Source: Rhynchopus sp. YZ270_cl-10 (Eukaryota). From it: a stretch of DNA of 64,000 nucleotides. A model generated the notes under the pieces. That model made no database searches. It saw nothing but the letters and a program-made list of their open reading frames with translations, and had not been told where the DNA came from. The stretch lies in assembly GCA_964035575.1 (NCBI GenBank), contig OZ037840.1, positions 62,001 to 126,000 of the forward strand. The letters run 5' to 3'. This document shows positions 35,721 to 47,544 of the stretch, in pieces (the first letter of the stretch is position 1; each line of letters starts with the position of its first letter). Both the position numbers and the translations under genes were made by a program.

Positions 35721-36719
35721 TCATGCTGACGCCGCTGCAGCAGCTGCGGCAGCGCTAATGCTCCGCTCGTATTCTCTGGGGTGTATTTGTCCCTTTTGCA
35801 GCCTTGGGCCCATCATGGTATCTCCCACGAACCCTTGCGCGCTCCTATGGTGGATGCCCTGTGTAGTGCGTTAGGGGGTTTTTGTGAATAGGATTTTTTT
35901 TTTGTGATTTTTTTTGTGAATATTGTTGTTGCGGGCACCCGGATCTCCCCATGGTGAACAGCCATTATCCATAGTGCCAAGGAGGGGGGTTAGGGAGCGG
36001 CATTTTGTTTTGGTGTGGCTGACGACCCCAAAAATAGCACAAAATAGCACCTCCCTTCAGCCCGCACCAAAAAATTCAGATGCCCCAGAATAGCAGAAAA
36101 TAGCCCAACAATAGCACCCCCTTCAGCCACATCATTTTTATAAAGTTTTTTTTTTTTTTTTTTGTCTTTTTGCTTCGTGCTCTTGTTTGTTAGGCAGTAG
36201 CGCCTGGGGTCGCAAATTAAAGCAGTTTTCATGTACAATACCTTGTCTGAGTTGGGCCCTTTGTGGTTGATGTGTGGCATGGACAAGCCCGTAACAAACA
36301 TGCCCGCAAGGATGCAGCCTCTGAACCATCGTGGTGTCGTCAGCAGAGTAAACCTGCGAAAAAGAAAAAATGGAGGGTGAAAAGAAGTGGTAAACAAAAA
36401 AACTGTAGTTGTTGATGCAGGCACCCCCGACTGAGAGAGAGGAAAAACGGTTGGTTCTCTCTATAAAAAGGCATTTTGGTTTGATAAGTACAAAATATAA
36501 GGGCATTCAAGATTGTTTTAAACTTTGCTGAGCACCCAGACTCAAATGCAAAAAGGTGTCATACTTGTTGATGTCCAGCTGCAGCGGTTTGTTGATGAGC
36601 TTCTCCAGACTCGAGGCCTTGTCCGTCTTCATCCACGACCGCTCGGACTTGACAGTGAGACCCTTCTTCATCCCGTTCGCTTCCCCCGCAAGGGTCTGCT
36701 TGTCGTAAATCCCACTCAT
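35721..36719 (-). CDS. Small 134-aa protein with one hydrophobic segment (3 exons)
   Basis: Exons 36719..36565, 36353..36242 and 35858..35721. The GT-AG introns have matching phases (2, 0) and give an uninterrupted 405-nt frame MSGIYDKQ...PRWFRGCILAGMFVTGLSMPH...SISAAAAAAAASA*. Confidence 0.75.
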
Positions 36720-37857
36720 TGTGAGCTTCTCTTTGTGTGGTTCCTGTACGCAAGAAGGTGATGCCGGGTGGGGCAGGGGAGGGGAAAGTGTTATGTGAGA
36801 TACCAGGTGAATATATCAGGGCTTTTTCCACTCTATACCAAACAGGGTATTTAGTTACCGTAAAAATGGTTTGCTTGCTGTTTCGACTGTGAGTGAATTT
36901 GTGGTGGACAACTGTGGCAAGTAAGGGTGGGAGGGTGTCTTCTTTGTCCCGTGCAGAACGTGCTAGAAAAAGAAAGAAAAAAAAAGAAAAAAAAAATCCC
37001 AATGAACTATCACCAGAGGGTGCAAAAAGCTCCTTGATATAAAGGGCTCGAAAAAAAGGGGGTTTTGTAAGATGAACCTATGCTTAGTGCGCTTAGTCAC
37101 CTTAAAAAAAGAAAAAGAAAAAAAAAAAAAAACAATTTCATAAAAATAAAAAGAAAAAAGAAAAAAAAGAAAAACTTGAAAGATGAATGTGCCTCTCGTG
37201 CACACATTAAAAAGAAAATCCTGAAACAGAAAATATGCCTTTCACGTGATATGCGAAAGACAAAAAAAAAAAAAATAGTAACTCTGATAGGTGAAAGGGA
37301 AAAAAAAAGGGGGTTTTTTTTCGTTGATTGCACAATTACCCTGTTGGAGGGGGGGTGATTGGCGACCGTATCGGAGGAACTATTTATCATTTCGGTTACG
37401 CTTTTGCAGGACAAAAAAAAAAGTCAAAATTCATATGTAAAAAAAAAAAAAATCAAAATATTCAAAAAGAGGAAGTAAAAACAAGAGCGGTGTACATAAC
37501 GAAAATAGTTTTTTGTTTGTTTGTTTTTTTTTGTTTTTTTGAGAACTTGGTTTGTATTAGTGTAGACACCCCGAAGATGCACTCCACTATACCTGTATAT
37601 ACTTTTTTATTTTTCCTTTTCCTTTTGTATTTTGTTTCATTTGTGTAAAAGAGCGGCACTTGATCTAAGAGCAGTTGTGTGTGGACATGCTAGTGGTTTT
37701 CATTTCATTTTTTTTTCTTTTTCCTTTTTTTTTTGTTGTTTTTTTCCCTTCTTTTTTTTCTCTTTTGTTGAGAGAGCAGCGCAAAACAACCCACATCATG
37801 TAACACACACACCCACCCCCACGGAACCCTCTACAGGGCTCCGTCAACAAGGCCCCT

Positions 37858-38433
37858 CTACTCATTGTGGTTGTGTCTGGGCATCTCACCGACGCTGATG
37901 CTCTCACTGTTCGTGCCCATCTTCTGCCCAAGGTTCCTGGGTGTGAGACCAGGGCCGCTACCTTCGTGCATGCCGGTGCGGCCACGCATGTCCGGGAGGC
38001 CAAAGGTGGTGCGCCCGTCACCTCCGTACTGCGTGCCGAGGATGGAGAAGAGTGCTTGGTTATCGCTGATGGGGAGCAGCTGCCCGTCGCAGAAGGCCCA
38101 GCCACGTGGTGCGAAGTTGCCTGCAAACATCATGATGTTTCCAATGAGCGGCTCGAACAGTGCCTCTGCGTCGCGTCCGCTCCTGCTTGGGAAGAGCCCA
38201 ATCAGCGCAATGATGTAGTTCATGCCCAGGTACGGCTGCATGTTGTTGTGACTCACACCCGAGCCCACATTCACCGACGTGCCTGTCGCACCTGCATCAC
38301 CAGGTGGGCCGTCTGGGCCTGGTGCACCGCCGGCACACTCACAAGGACAGATGGGAAGGTACGGCCCTGCAGGCTTGGGGCACGGGTCTGCGACCGCAGT
38401 CGCTGCCACAAGGAGCATCGAGAGGCAGTGCAT
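37858..38433 (-). CDS. Secreted short-collagen / permuted phage tail collar (MdpB-like) protein, copy 1
   Basis: Signal peptide, CPCEC, six Gly-X-Y triplets, HNNMQPYLGMNYIIALIGLFPSR, then the collar motif IGNIMMFAGNFAPRGWAFCDGQLL...LFSILGTQYGGDGRTTFGLPDMRGR. Confidence 0.92.
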   Translation of the reverse strand: MHCLSMLLVAATAVADPCPKPAGPYLPICPCECAGGAPGPDGPPGDAGATGTSVNVGSGVSHNNMQPYLGMNYIIALIGLFPSRSGRDAEALFEPLIGNIMMFAGNFAPRGWAFCDGQLLPISDNQALFSILGTQYGGDGRTTFGLPDMRGRTGMHEGSGPGLTPRNLGQKMGTNSESISVGEMPRHNHNE

Positions 38434-38706
38434 TGTCACGCAGGGGATGTGTGTTTGTGTAATGCTGTGTGGTGTGGTGTCAAATGTGGCCTAGACCTTG
38501 CTGGACGAGAGCGTTCTGAATGCAGAGAGGGAAAATACCCGCAATTTAAAGAAAATAGTAGGATCGGGTAGGTAAGCAAAGCTGCTTCGTTAATTGCACA
38601 AATCCTCCTGAAGGATGATTTAGCGATCGTACCCCCGGTAATACTATTTCTCCTTTAAGGCAAGCTTCGTAGGAATAAAAAACAAAAAACAAAAAATACA
38701 CCCCCG

Positions 38707-39197
38707 CAGACTGCAGACTAAGAAATCATTTAATTAATTACAATACCCACCCGGTTTTTTTTGAAAATGGGCCCCACGTATAAGCAACCGGGCTCATATT
38801 TCTCAAAATTTAAGTGGTCAAAAAATTGTCCAATTTTCGAGATTGACCCCACCACTGCACGGGCGGAGCCCAAAAATGCAAATAAGGACCCTTTTCCACA
38901 ACCTTCCTTCACCCCCCCGGTAGGGTAACCGAAGGTGAAGTCAATATTACAAACCCGGATTTTGAGGAAATTTTTGGCCGAAAATGGGCCCCAGCTATTA
39001 GTGACCGGGCTCATATTGTCCAAAATTTAAGTCATTAAAATTGTGTCCATTTCTTCAGATTGACCCCACCACTGACTGGGATCGGCCCAAAAATGCAAAT
39101 AACGGCGTTTTCGCCTGCATTGTTCGTTACGAAACCCCGTGCAGACTAGCATTTAATTAATTAATTACCAGACCCCCAATCCTTAGTCTGCAGACTG
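38707..39197. mobile_element. hAT-like MITE with 8-bp TSD
   Basis: TIR CAG(A/T)CTGCAGACTAAG, TSD CACCCCCG (38699-706, 39198-205), internal ~150-bp direct duplication. Confidence 0.8.
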
Positions 39198-40429
39198 CAC
39201 CCCCGTCCTGTTTTTTTTTCTCTCTCTTCTGCAAGGGTGTACACCTGTCGAGGGCTGTCCTCGCTGTCAAGAAATATGCTCGAGGTGCAAGCCTTATGCC
39301 GGTGCTTTGTTTGTTTGTTTGCTTGATAATCACACACCTTGAGTCTATGCTGGCAGGTAAACGTGTTTGTTATATTATCTTTTTTTTTTTTTGATTTGAA
39401 AAATAAGAAGCAAAAATGGAAAACGAATTTTCCCGTTTACTTGCCATCAGGTTCTCTCGGTAGTGTTTTTTGTTTTTTTTTTTGTTTTTGTTTTTGTGCG
39501 GAAAAATGCCCACTGGGGGGGAGAAAAAAAAACGGGATGGGATGAGCTCCTGCATGCAGGGCTCCCTAAAAAGAAAGGGAGGGTATTTCAAAGATGGTAC
39601 CCACACACCTTTTAAAAGCAGTAGCCTGATGGGGTAAAAGGAAAAAAGGTTTTTTCGTTGATTGCTCAATTACCCCTGTTGGAGGGGGGTGTGATTGGCA
39701 ACCGTATCGGAGGAACTATTCCTCCTTTTAGCTACGCTTTTGCAGGTACAAAAAAAGAAAAAAAAAGGAGGGGGAAAAGAACTTAGTGGATTTTTTTCCC
39801 CGGAGGGAAAAGTGCACTGCTGAATCTTCGGGAACGAAGAAAAAAAAATGTTTTATAAGATGAACCTAAGCCTCTCGTTGCTTAGGAAAATATGCATCGT
39901 GTATCATGCATACAGATCATCTGAAAAAGGGAAGAACAGGAAAAAAGGAAAAAAAAGGAAAAATAGAAAAAAATGGGGGAAATGAATATAAAAGGAAAAT
40001 AGTGAGCGCTTGAAAAGTGTTTTGTGTATGGTAGATAGCATGATGCCTCTGACAGGCAAAAGGTACCAGGGGGGAAAAAAATGGGGGAGACAAAAAAATC
40101 ATTGGAAGATGAAAGCCTGAAAGCCTCACAACAACAACAAAAAAAATAAAAAAAAAAAAATCACAAAAATATGGGGGAGGGGACTTTGTGTGTATCTTTT
40201 TCTTTTCTTGCATTTTTTTTTTTTCTGCCAAAAAGACCAAACAGAGGGTTCTTGTACAAAAAAAAAATAAAATAAAAATAGAGTATTGTGTAATAAACAG
40301 CGAGATTTTTTGTCATATTTTTTTTGTCATATTTTTTTTTTCCCTTTTTTTTCCCCCATTTTTTTTTTTTTTTTTCGAAAAAGTATCAACAAGAACCAAA
40401 ATCACTTCTGTAGAAGGTTAGTCAATCTC

Positions 40430-41011
40430 TTATTCGTTGTGGTTGTGCACAGGCATCTCGGCTTGGGTGAGGGTGTGTGTCTCTGTCCCCGACTTCTCTC
40501 CGTTACGCCTGGAGGAAAGTCCTGGTCCGGTAGCGGAGTGCATCACGGTGCGGCCACGCATGTCCGGGAGGCCAAAGGTGGTGCGCCCGTCACCTCCGTA
40601 CTGCGTGCCGAGGATGGAGAAGAGTGCGGTGTTCTGGCTGATGGGGAGCAGCTGCCCGTCGCAGAAGGCCCAGCCACGTGGTGCGAAGTTGCCTGCAAAC
40701 ATTATGATGTTTCCGAGGAGGGGCTCCATGGTGACCTCTGCGTCACGCCCACTCCTGCTTGGGAAGACACCGGTCAGCGCGATGATGTAGTTAATCACGG
40801 ACACAGGCTGCATGTTGTTATGCGGTTGGTTGTTTCCAGCGAGTGTAGCAGACCCGCCTGCACCTTGTGGTCCGGCAGGACCAGGTGTTCCCGCAATACC
40901 GTCTGTGCAGTCGCAAGCGCACGTCGGCAGGTTCAGTGACGTAGGAGTATGGCACATCGGTCCAGCAGATGCAACACCCATCAGGGCAAACGCGGCGCAG
41001 AATTTCATCAT
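40430..41011 (-). CDS. Secreted short-collagen / permuted phage tail collar (MdpB-like) protein, copy 2 (divergent paralogue)
   Basis: ATG 41011 gives signal MMKFCAAFALMGVASA, then CACDC, six Gly-X-Y triplets, HNNMQPVSVINYIIALTGVFPSR and the collar domain. Confidence 0.92.
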   Translation of the reverse strand: MMKFCAAFALMGVASAGPMCHTPTSLNLPTCACDCTDGIAGTPGPAGPQGAGGSATLAGNNQPHNNMQPVSVINYIIALTGVFPSRSGRDAEVTMEPLLGNIIMFAGNFAPRGWAFCDGQLLPISQNTALFSILGTQYGGDGRTTFGLPDMRGRTVMHSATGPGLSSRRNGEKSGTETHTLTQAEMPVHNHNE

Positions 41012-41369
41012 TTTTGGGGTGTGTGTGTTTTTTGTGTAAATTTTTTGTATATCTAAGGGACGGCTTGAAATGTGGATGAAATCAAAAGAAAAAAAAAAGG
41101 GGGTTTGATGCGAACTAGACACTCCCGTTCGCTTCACCCAACTCTTAGTGCACGATAGTCGCGCAAGATAGCAAAAGGGGAGATCACAACATCTCTCTCT
41201 CTCTCTCCCTTAACATCCCATTCTGTACCGACAGTTATACTTTTTTTAAAACCAAATACTCGATCCTCTTTCACCTTTGTGACGCCTTCAATATCCTTTT
41301 AGCACACAACTTCAAACTGGTCGGTAATGGCCCCCCTTTTCAACTTTTTGGAATAATAAAAGGCATTAA

Positions 41370-42733
41370 CCCTTTAGACCCCAAGCCGTTTTTTCGACCC
41401 ACTTTTGAGTTTTGATTTTTTGGGCTCTCCAACCGGTAAAGGGACCCCCGATGCAAATTTTTGATCGTACCTGGCCGCAATTGAAAGATTTTGAACACAG
41501 CTTCCAATTCCATTTTTTTAAGTTTTTTTTTGAAAAAAAATATTCCCCTCAAAATGAGGTAAGCATAAAATCCGCCTTTCGGTTTTTTACTCGTCCAGCA
41601 GAGCGAGGGAATACCCGTAAATTATTGCTGTCCGAAAATGGCGTTATTTGAAAGATTCGCCACAAAATCTTTTCAAAGAAAAAAAAATCGAGCAAAAAGT
41701 CCTAGTAGAACCCAACTTAGATGAGTGTAGCTCTGTTAGCAGCATGTCTAAAAATCGATTTCCCTAACGATTTACACTGAAACACCACTACACAACGAAA
41801 AAAGGCGATTTTTTCACGTTTTTTGGCATCTACAGGCCCGAAACACCCCCAGAATGGGTCAGAACGACCCTGTGAGCCGAAAATTCACAAAAAAATCACC
41901 CTAAAATACGAAAAAATAGTGAAAACCCGGCTTCTAGTGTGTTTTGGGTGGGAATAAGGCAAAGGGTAGTCAGAAAAACAGTGATTTTGGTGGCAGTCCT
42001 CACGAACTTCCAAAGTGCACTCAGATGCACAAAAGTTTTCGATTCTTGCTTCTTTTGACAGATTTGACATCAAATCTTTCCAAATATGTAAAAATCTTTT
42101 CACGAAAATGAGTAGAACCCTACTTATCAACCCTACTAGCCTTACGACCTTAGCAACGTACACCCCGTGATTTTGGTGGTAAAATCTCACCAAAATCCGA
42201 GGAAATCACAGATGCATAAAAGTTTTCGATTTTTGCGTATTTTGAAAGATGTGAACGAAATCTTTCCACACAAAAAAAGTGTTTTCACGAAAACGAGTAG
42301 AAAATTTTTGATCACATGGAGACTCTGAAAAGTGACCCTTTTTTCGTACTTTTCCATGCTCCCCGGCATCCAAGGAAAACCCAGATGCATAAAAGTGTTC
42401 TTAGATGGCGTATTTTGAAAGATCGGTGAAAAATCTTTCAAAATATAAAAAAATGTTTTTCTGAAACTGAGTAGAACCCCAGTAATAGCCTAGTGGTATT
42501 AGGAGGGTTATTTCAGGGGGTGTTGGTCAAAAAACATGATTTTCCGTGGCAGCTTTCCCCCCAGCATCCAAAAAAATATTAGATGCACAAAACTTTTCGA
42601 TTCTTGCTTCTTTTGAAAGATCGGCGCAAAATCTTTCAAAATATAAAAAATGTTTTTCCCATTTTGAGTAGAATATTCCTAATTGTATGGCGCCATTCTG
42701 CTACCCATATATGGGTATCTGGGGTCTAAAGGG
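41370..42733. mobile_element. piggyBac-like non-autonomous element
   Basis: TTAA|CCCTTTAGACCCCA...TGGGGTCTAAAGGG|TTAA. The left ~340 bp is homologous (reverse complement) to the right part of 15447-18035. Confidence 0.9.
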
Positions 42734-42965
42734 TTAAAGACATATTAAAAAGACGAGGGGACCCTTCGGGAGGGGGTTGGTGTTTTTTTCTGTGTTGTAC
42801 TTTTTTTTTTTACCTACAATACAAGAACGTGCCTAGTATCCAAGGTGTCTTTTGTCTTGCCTCTCCAGCATGAACGGGGAAGTTGAAAAAAAGAAGAAGA
42901 TGGGGTGATCTTAAGCCTCTCTGGGTTTAGTCACCCTCGAATGTGATGATGTGGAATTGAAAATA

Positions 42966-43109
42966 CCCGGAATCGTAAAAATTATCGACCGTAAAAAAAA
43001 AAAAGATCGAACTTCCAGAAAAATCCAGAAAAAGGTCGAACATTGTTACGGTCGAACATATTTGCGGCCGAACATTAGTACGGTCGATAATTTTTTTTTA
43101 CGATTACGG
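42966..43109. mobile_element. Short TA-flanked MITE
   Basis: Inverted arms CCG.AATCGTAAAAATTATCGACCGTA / TACGGTCGATAATTTT..TACGATTACGG, with internal GGTCGAAC repeats. Confidence 0.6.
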
Positions 43110-44301
43110 TAAGGTGGACACACTCTATGAAACGTACCCACCTCTTTTCTCAATCAAAAAAAAAAAGAAAAGAAAGATTGAAGATGAAAATGTGTCTCTT
43201 GTGCACATACACATCTAAAAAAAGAAAAGGAAAATAAAATATAAATAGGAAAAAAAAAAACGCAACAGATTCTGAATAATGGGGAAGGATGGTTTGTTGT
43301 CGACAAATCTCTTGCTCCAAAAAAAGCGGAACAAAGTTCTGTACTCAATTTTTTTTTTTTTTGTTTGTTTTTTTTTTTTTTGTTTGCTTCGCGTAAAGAT
43401 AGCCTTATTGTATGGTGTTCTGATGGATTTCTGCCGTATTATTCCGTTTGATTTCCATCTAGATAACAACCCAGCTATTTTTACCATAACTTTTTTTATT
43501 TTTTTCTTTTTTTTTTTGAATGACAGAGCTGCGACTCTATATCGAAGGTGTTGTCTCGGGTGGTGGGGTAGTGGGAGAGAGCTCCCTGATTCGAAGGGCT
43601 CAAAGGAAGGGGAAAGGAGAAGAGAAAAGAAAAGTTGACTTGAAAAACAAAAACAAAAAAATGCCCTCTCGTGAACAGTGTACCTTAGAACGTGACCCGT
43701 ACCCCCAACCATGTAGTCCATTTTTCGCTATCCATTTTGTGGTTTACATCTGAGAAAAACTAGAGACGAATATGACTCAAAAAAATATGGCTTTGAAAAA
43801 TGCCATATTTTTTTTTCCTGGCACCTCGCACCACGTCCTGGGCTGGACGTTAAATTGCATCCGGGGGCCCTTTTGTGGCACTCCTCCTGAAACTCTATGA
43901 AGCCAGTGAAGCCAAGGAGGCCCCCCTAGGAAACTAGGGAACGGATTGGAAGAGACCTCGCCGGTAGCCGGGAACCCTCCCTGGGCTAGTACAATGATGA
44001 AACTTCAATCTTAAGTCCACACCCATGTGGCGGCCGCTTTGGCATGCGTCTGTAAGGACAGCCTTGACTGATACTTTCTGTATTAGCACACGATTGCCTC
44101 CCTGAAGGCTACGTAGCTACCTGAGTACAAAAAAATGTCTGGTGGGGATGAGGTGGTTTGTGAAGATAGTCTCAGAGGGGTTGTGACCTCCGTTCGAGAG
44201 AGAGAGAGCATGGACGTGTGTAAGAAAGAATCATGACTGCGCAAAAATATAGTGTAAAAAAGGGGGGGTTGGAAAAAAAAAAAAAAGATTGAAATTTTTC
44301 T

Positions 44302-44877
44302 CTACTCATTGTGGTTGTGTCTGGGCATCTCACCGACGCTGATGCTCTCACTGTTCGTGCCCATCTTCTGCCCAAGGTTCCTGGGTGTGAGACCAGGGCC
44401 GCTACCTTCGTGCATGCCGGTGCGGCCACGCATGTCCGGGAGGCCAAAGGTGGTGCGCCCGTCACCTCCGTACTGCGTGCCGAGGATGGAGAAGAGTGCT
44501 TGGTTATCGCTGATGGGGAGCAGCTGCCCGTCGCAGAAGGCCCAGCCACGTGGTGCGAAGTTGCCTGCAAACATCATGATGTTTCCAATGAGCGGCTCGA
44601 ACAGTGCCTCTGCGTCGCGTCCGCTCCTGCTTGGGAAGAGCCCAATCAGCGCAATGATGTAGTTCATGCCCAGGTACGGCTGCATGTTGTTGTGACTCAC
44701 ACCCGAGCCCACATTCACCGACGTGCCTGTCGCACCTGCATCACCAGGTGGGCCGTCTGGGCCTGGTGCACCGTCGGCACACTCGCAAGGACAGATGGGA
44801 AGGTACGGCCCTGCAGGCTTGGGGCACGGGTCTGCGACCGCAGTCGCTGCCACAATGAGCATCGAGAGGCAGTGCAT
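44302..44877 (-). CDS. Secreted short-collagen / permuted phage tail collar (MdpB-like) protein, copy 3 (near-identical to copy 1)
   Basis: Differs from 37858-38433 by only ~3 substitutions (L>I in the signal peptide, G>D before the collagen, one silent). Confidence 0.92.
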   Translation of the reverse strand: MHCLSMLIVAATAVADPCPKPAGPYLPICPCECADGAPGPDGPPGDAGATGTSVNVGSGVSHNNMQPYLGMNYIIALIGLFPSRSGRDAEALFEPLIGNIMMFAGNFAPRGWAFCDGQLLPISDNQALFSILGTQYGGDGRTTFGLPDMRGRTGMHEGSGPGLTPRNLGQKMGTNSESISVGEMPRHNHNE

Positions 44878-44994
44878 TGTCACGCAGGGATGTGTGTTTG
44901 TGTAATGCTGTGTGGTGTGGTGTCAAATGTGGCCTAGACCTTGCTGGACGAGAGCGTTCTGAATGCAAATGAAAATTTACACAACCCCACATAA

Positions 44995-45140
44995 CATGGC
45001 GTCAGACTCCACTTTGAAGCACATACGTGGTGATCATGCAGGCAAGAGACCCTCTCAACCGACCCTATCAACGATTGTGGACGTCTTCTCCCCTCCCCCA
45101 TGAGCGAGACGTCTGTAAGGTGTTGAGTGCCTCTCCAAGG
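44995..45140 (-). pseudogene. Degenerate retroelement integrase H2C2 zinc-binding fragment
   Basis: Minus strand reads LERHSTPYRRLAHGGGEKTSTIVDRVG*EGL, then after a frameshift MITTYVLQSGV*R. This matches the H..HxG..kT...W.gl....yv..CxxC pattern with mutated W and C codons. Confidence 0.4.
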
Positions 45141-47544
45141 AAATGGAAACCCCCTCACATCAAGTGTTCTTTAATTCCGTGAGTCTTGCCAGTGGCCTAG
45201 GGGGAGAAGCTGAAAACATAAAGGGAAGAAAAAATAATGAAAACATTCTCAGTGTTGGCATTGTTGAAAACCCCTGCACGAAGATACATTGTACTAAACT
45301 ATTTTTTTTAAAAACCCCGCATGACATACAAAACTAAACGACGAACGAGGTTTTTTATTATTTTTGAAACAATAGGAAAGGTCAGGACAGAGACCCTCTG
45401 TACAATTTCCACGTTTATTTTTTTTTATTTTTTGAAAACTTGGTTGTATTAGTGTAGCCACCTGAGGATGAACTCCACTATATTTTTTTTTGTTGACAGC
45501 GCACCTCAGCCCTGAAGAGACGAGACATCATTGCAATTTTTTTTTAAACAATTTGTTGTTGTTTGGTGTGCACCACCATCGAGTCAGGGAGGGGCAGGGT
45601 GGGGGAGAAGGGGCTTTAGGGGGTCAAAAGGGTCGTACTAAAAATGCTAACAAAGAGCGATGTCTTTCACAATTTCCACTAACACCGAATGCCGCAAAAG
45701 TGCTTCAAAGTGTGGCAATTTTCTGAAAACCCCATTTTCGGCCCCACAGGGTCGCATAAAAGGGTCAAAAAAAAAGGGTCAGGACACGTTTGACCAGGTG
45801 TGGGTCGGGTTTTCCGGTCAAATTGACTTAGAAATTGGTGCTCCTGACGACCCCATATTGCGTACTTCTTGCGCAAAACTGAAAAAAAAAAAATACCGTT
45901 TGTTCACCCCTTTTGACTCCCGGGGGGGTTTTGTCCAAAAGGAGCTGATTGGAACAGAGCTAAGGTGTAATATTTGTTGGGTGTTGCTGGTGTGCCTATT
46001 TTTTCTTAATTTTTTGTTTTGAAAAACTTTTTTTTTTTTAACTTTTTATTTTGTTTTCGTCGCACAAAAAAATTGGGAACGAACATTGCTTTACCTTTTT
46101 TTGCAGGACAGTTCGCGGCCTGGTTACAGAACACTATAAACACATCACAACGGGGGGTGGAGGTGGAGGTGGGATGCGACGGGGTGCAATAGCGGGAGTG
46201 TATTGTCGGAACACAAAGAGGGGAAATTGACTTGAAATACAAAGCCCTTTCGTGACAGTGTACCTATAATAATAATAAAAACGTTGGGCAACCCTCAGCG
46301 TCCTCGCTGTTGAGACTTCTTCTCGCAAAAGAAAAAAGAAAAAGAAAAAATGAAACAAAAAAAAAAAACAGAAGAAACAAAAAATGAGTAGTTCTTTGAC
46401 GCAGGCACCGTTTGTGCAACGTCGCACCACATAGTTTTCACTCAACTTTGAGAAATAAGTGGGAATTTGAATGGGTTTTTTTTATGAAGCTTTTTGTTAT
46501 GTTTGCTTTGTGCTCTTGTTTTGTTTTGTTTTTTTGTTTGTTTGTCTGTTTTGCAACGAGAAATAAGTGGGAAGAAGGGAGGGGGAAGAGGGGAGACTCA
46601 GTGACGAACAACCTAGGGTAGCAAATAAAGCCCTCTCGGAAGAGGGGAAAAAAGCGCCCTCTCTTTGCATCACTGAGGGGGGGGGAGATAAAGAGGGTTA
46701 GAAAGGTGAAACAAGCAAACGTACCTGGTCTGGTTGCAGACGTGCCTTTTTTTTATTGTAGAAAAGCAGGCAGGCACTATGCCAAATGCTGGCACCTCTC
46801 CTGTTCGGTAAGACACCGCGTAGCAGTAGAATAGTTGGGGGAAAGGAGATGTTGCGACATGCTAAAAACCGTCGAGCTCATGCCAAGCATGGAACGTGAG
46901 TGGTCTGTACCGTATAGGCAAACACATAGAGGTGCAAATCCCTTTTTTTAATACTCTGTTGGTTTAGCGTGGACGTCTGCAAAAAAAGACGCCTTTACTT
47001 CGTGCACAGACAATAAAAAAGAAGGATTTTTTTTTTTGCAAGATTGTGCAAAGCCTCTCACCTAAAAAGAAAAAGGGGGGCAGCTCCCGACTGACCCACT
47101 GCACGATGTCAGCCCCGGAAGAGAAAAGAAAAAGAAGAAAAAAGAAACGAAAGAGAAGAAGGGAGGGGGAAGGGACAGGGTAGGACCCGAACGTTGATTG
47201 TTTCGTTACTGAGACCTTCACGCAATAAAAAAGACGAGAGAAGTTAACAGTGCACAACACCTCGGAGGGAGACACTGAAAGACACCTCGATGAGTGAACC
47301 CTGATGTGGATGCAATCACGAAAATATTGCCTCACATTTTACACGTAGAAAACACACACACACACACACAAACACACACAAATCAAAACACGTTGAAAAC
47401 AAAATGAAACAAAACAAAAACCACAAACATTTCTTCCATCACACCCCAGGGGGGCAATACACACACACACACACACCCTCCTTCTGGGCAACCCAGATGC
47501 ACACACAATCTCTCTAAGCTACCCACAGGCTTTCCAACTCCATT

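Noticed and set aside
37858..44877. Prophage or bacterial contaminant suggested by tail-collar genes
   Set aside because: No other phage genes or operon structure. The genes have eukaryote-style signal peptides and are interleaved with the same host repeat families and intron-containing genes.
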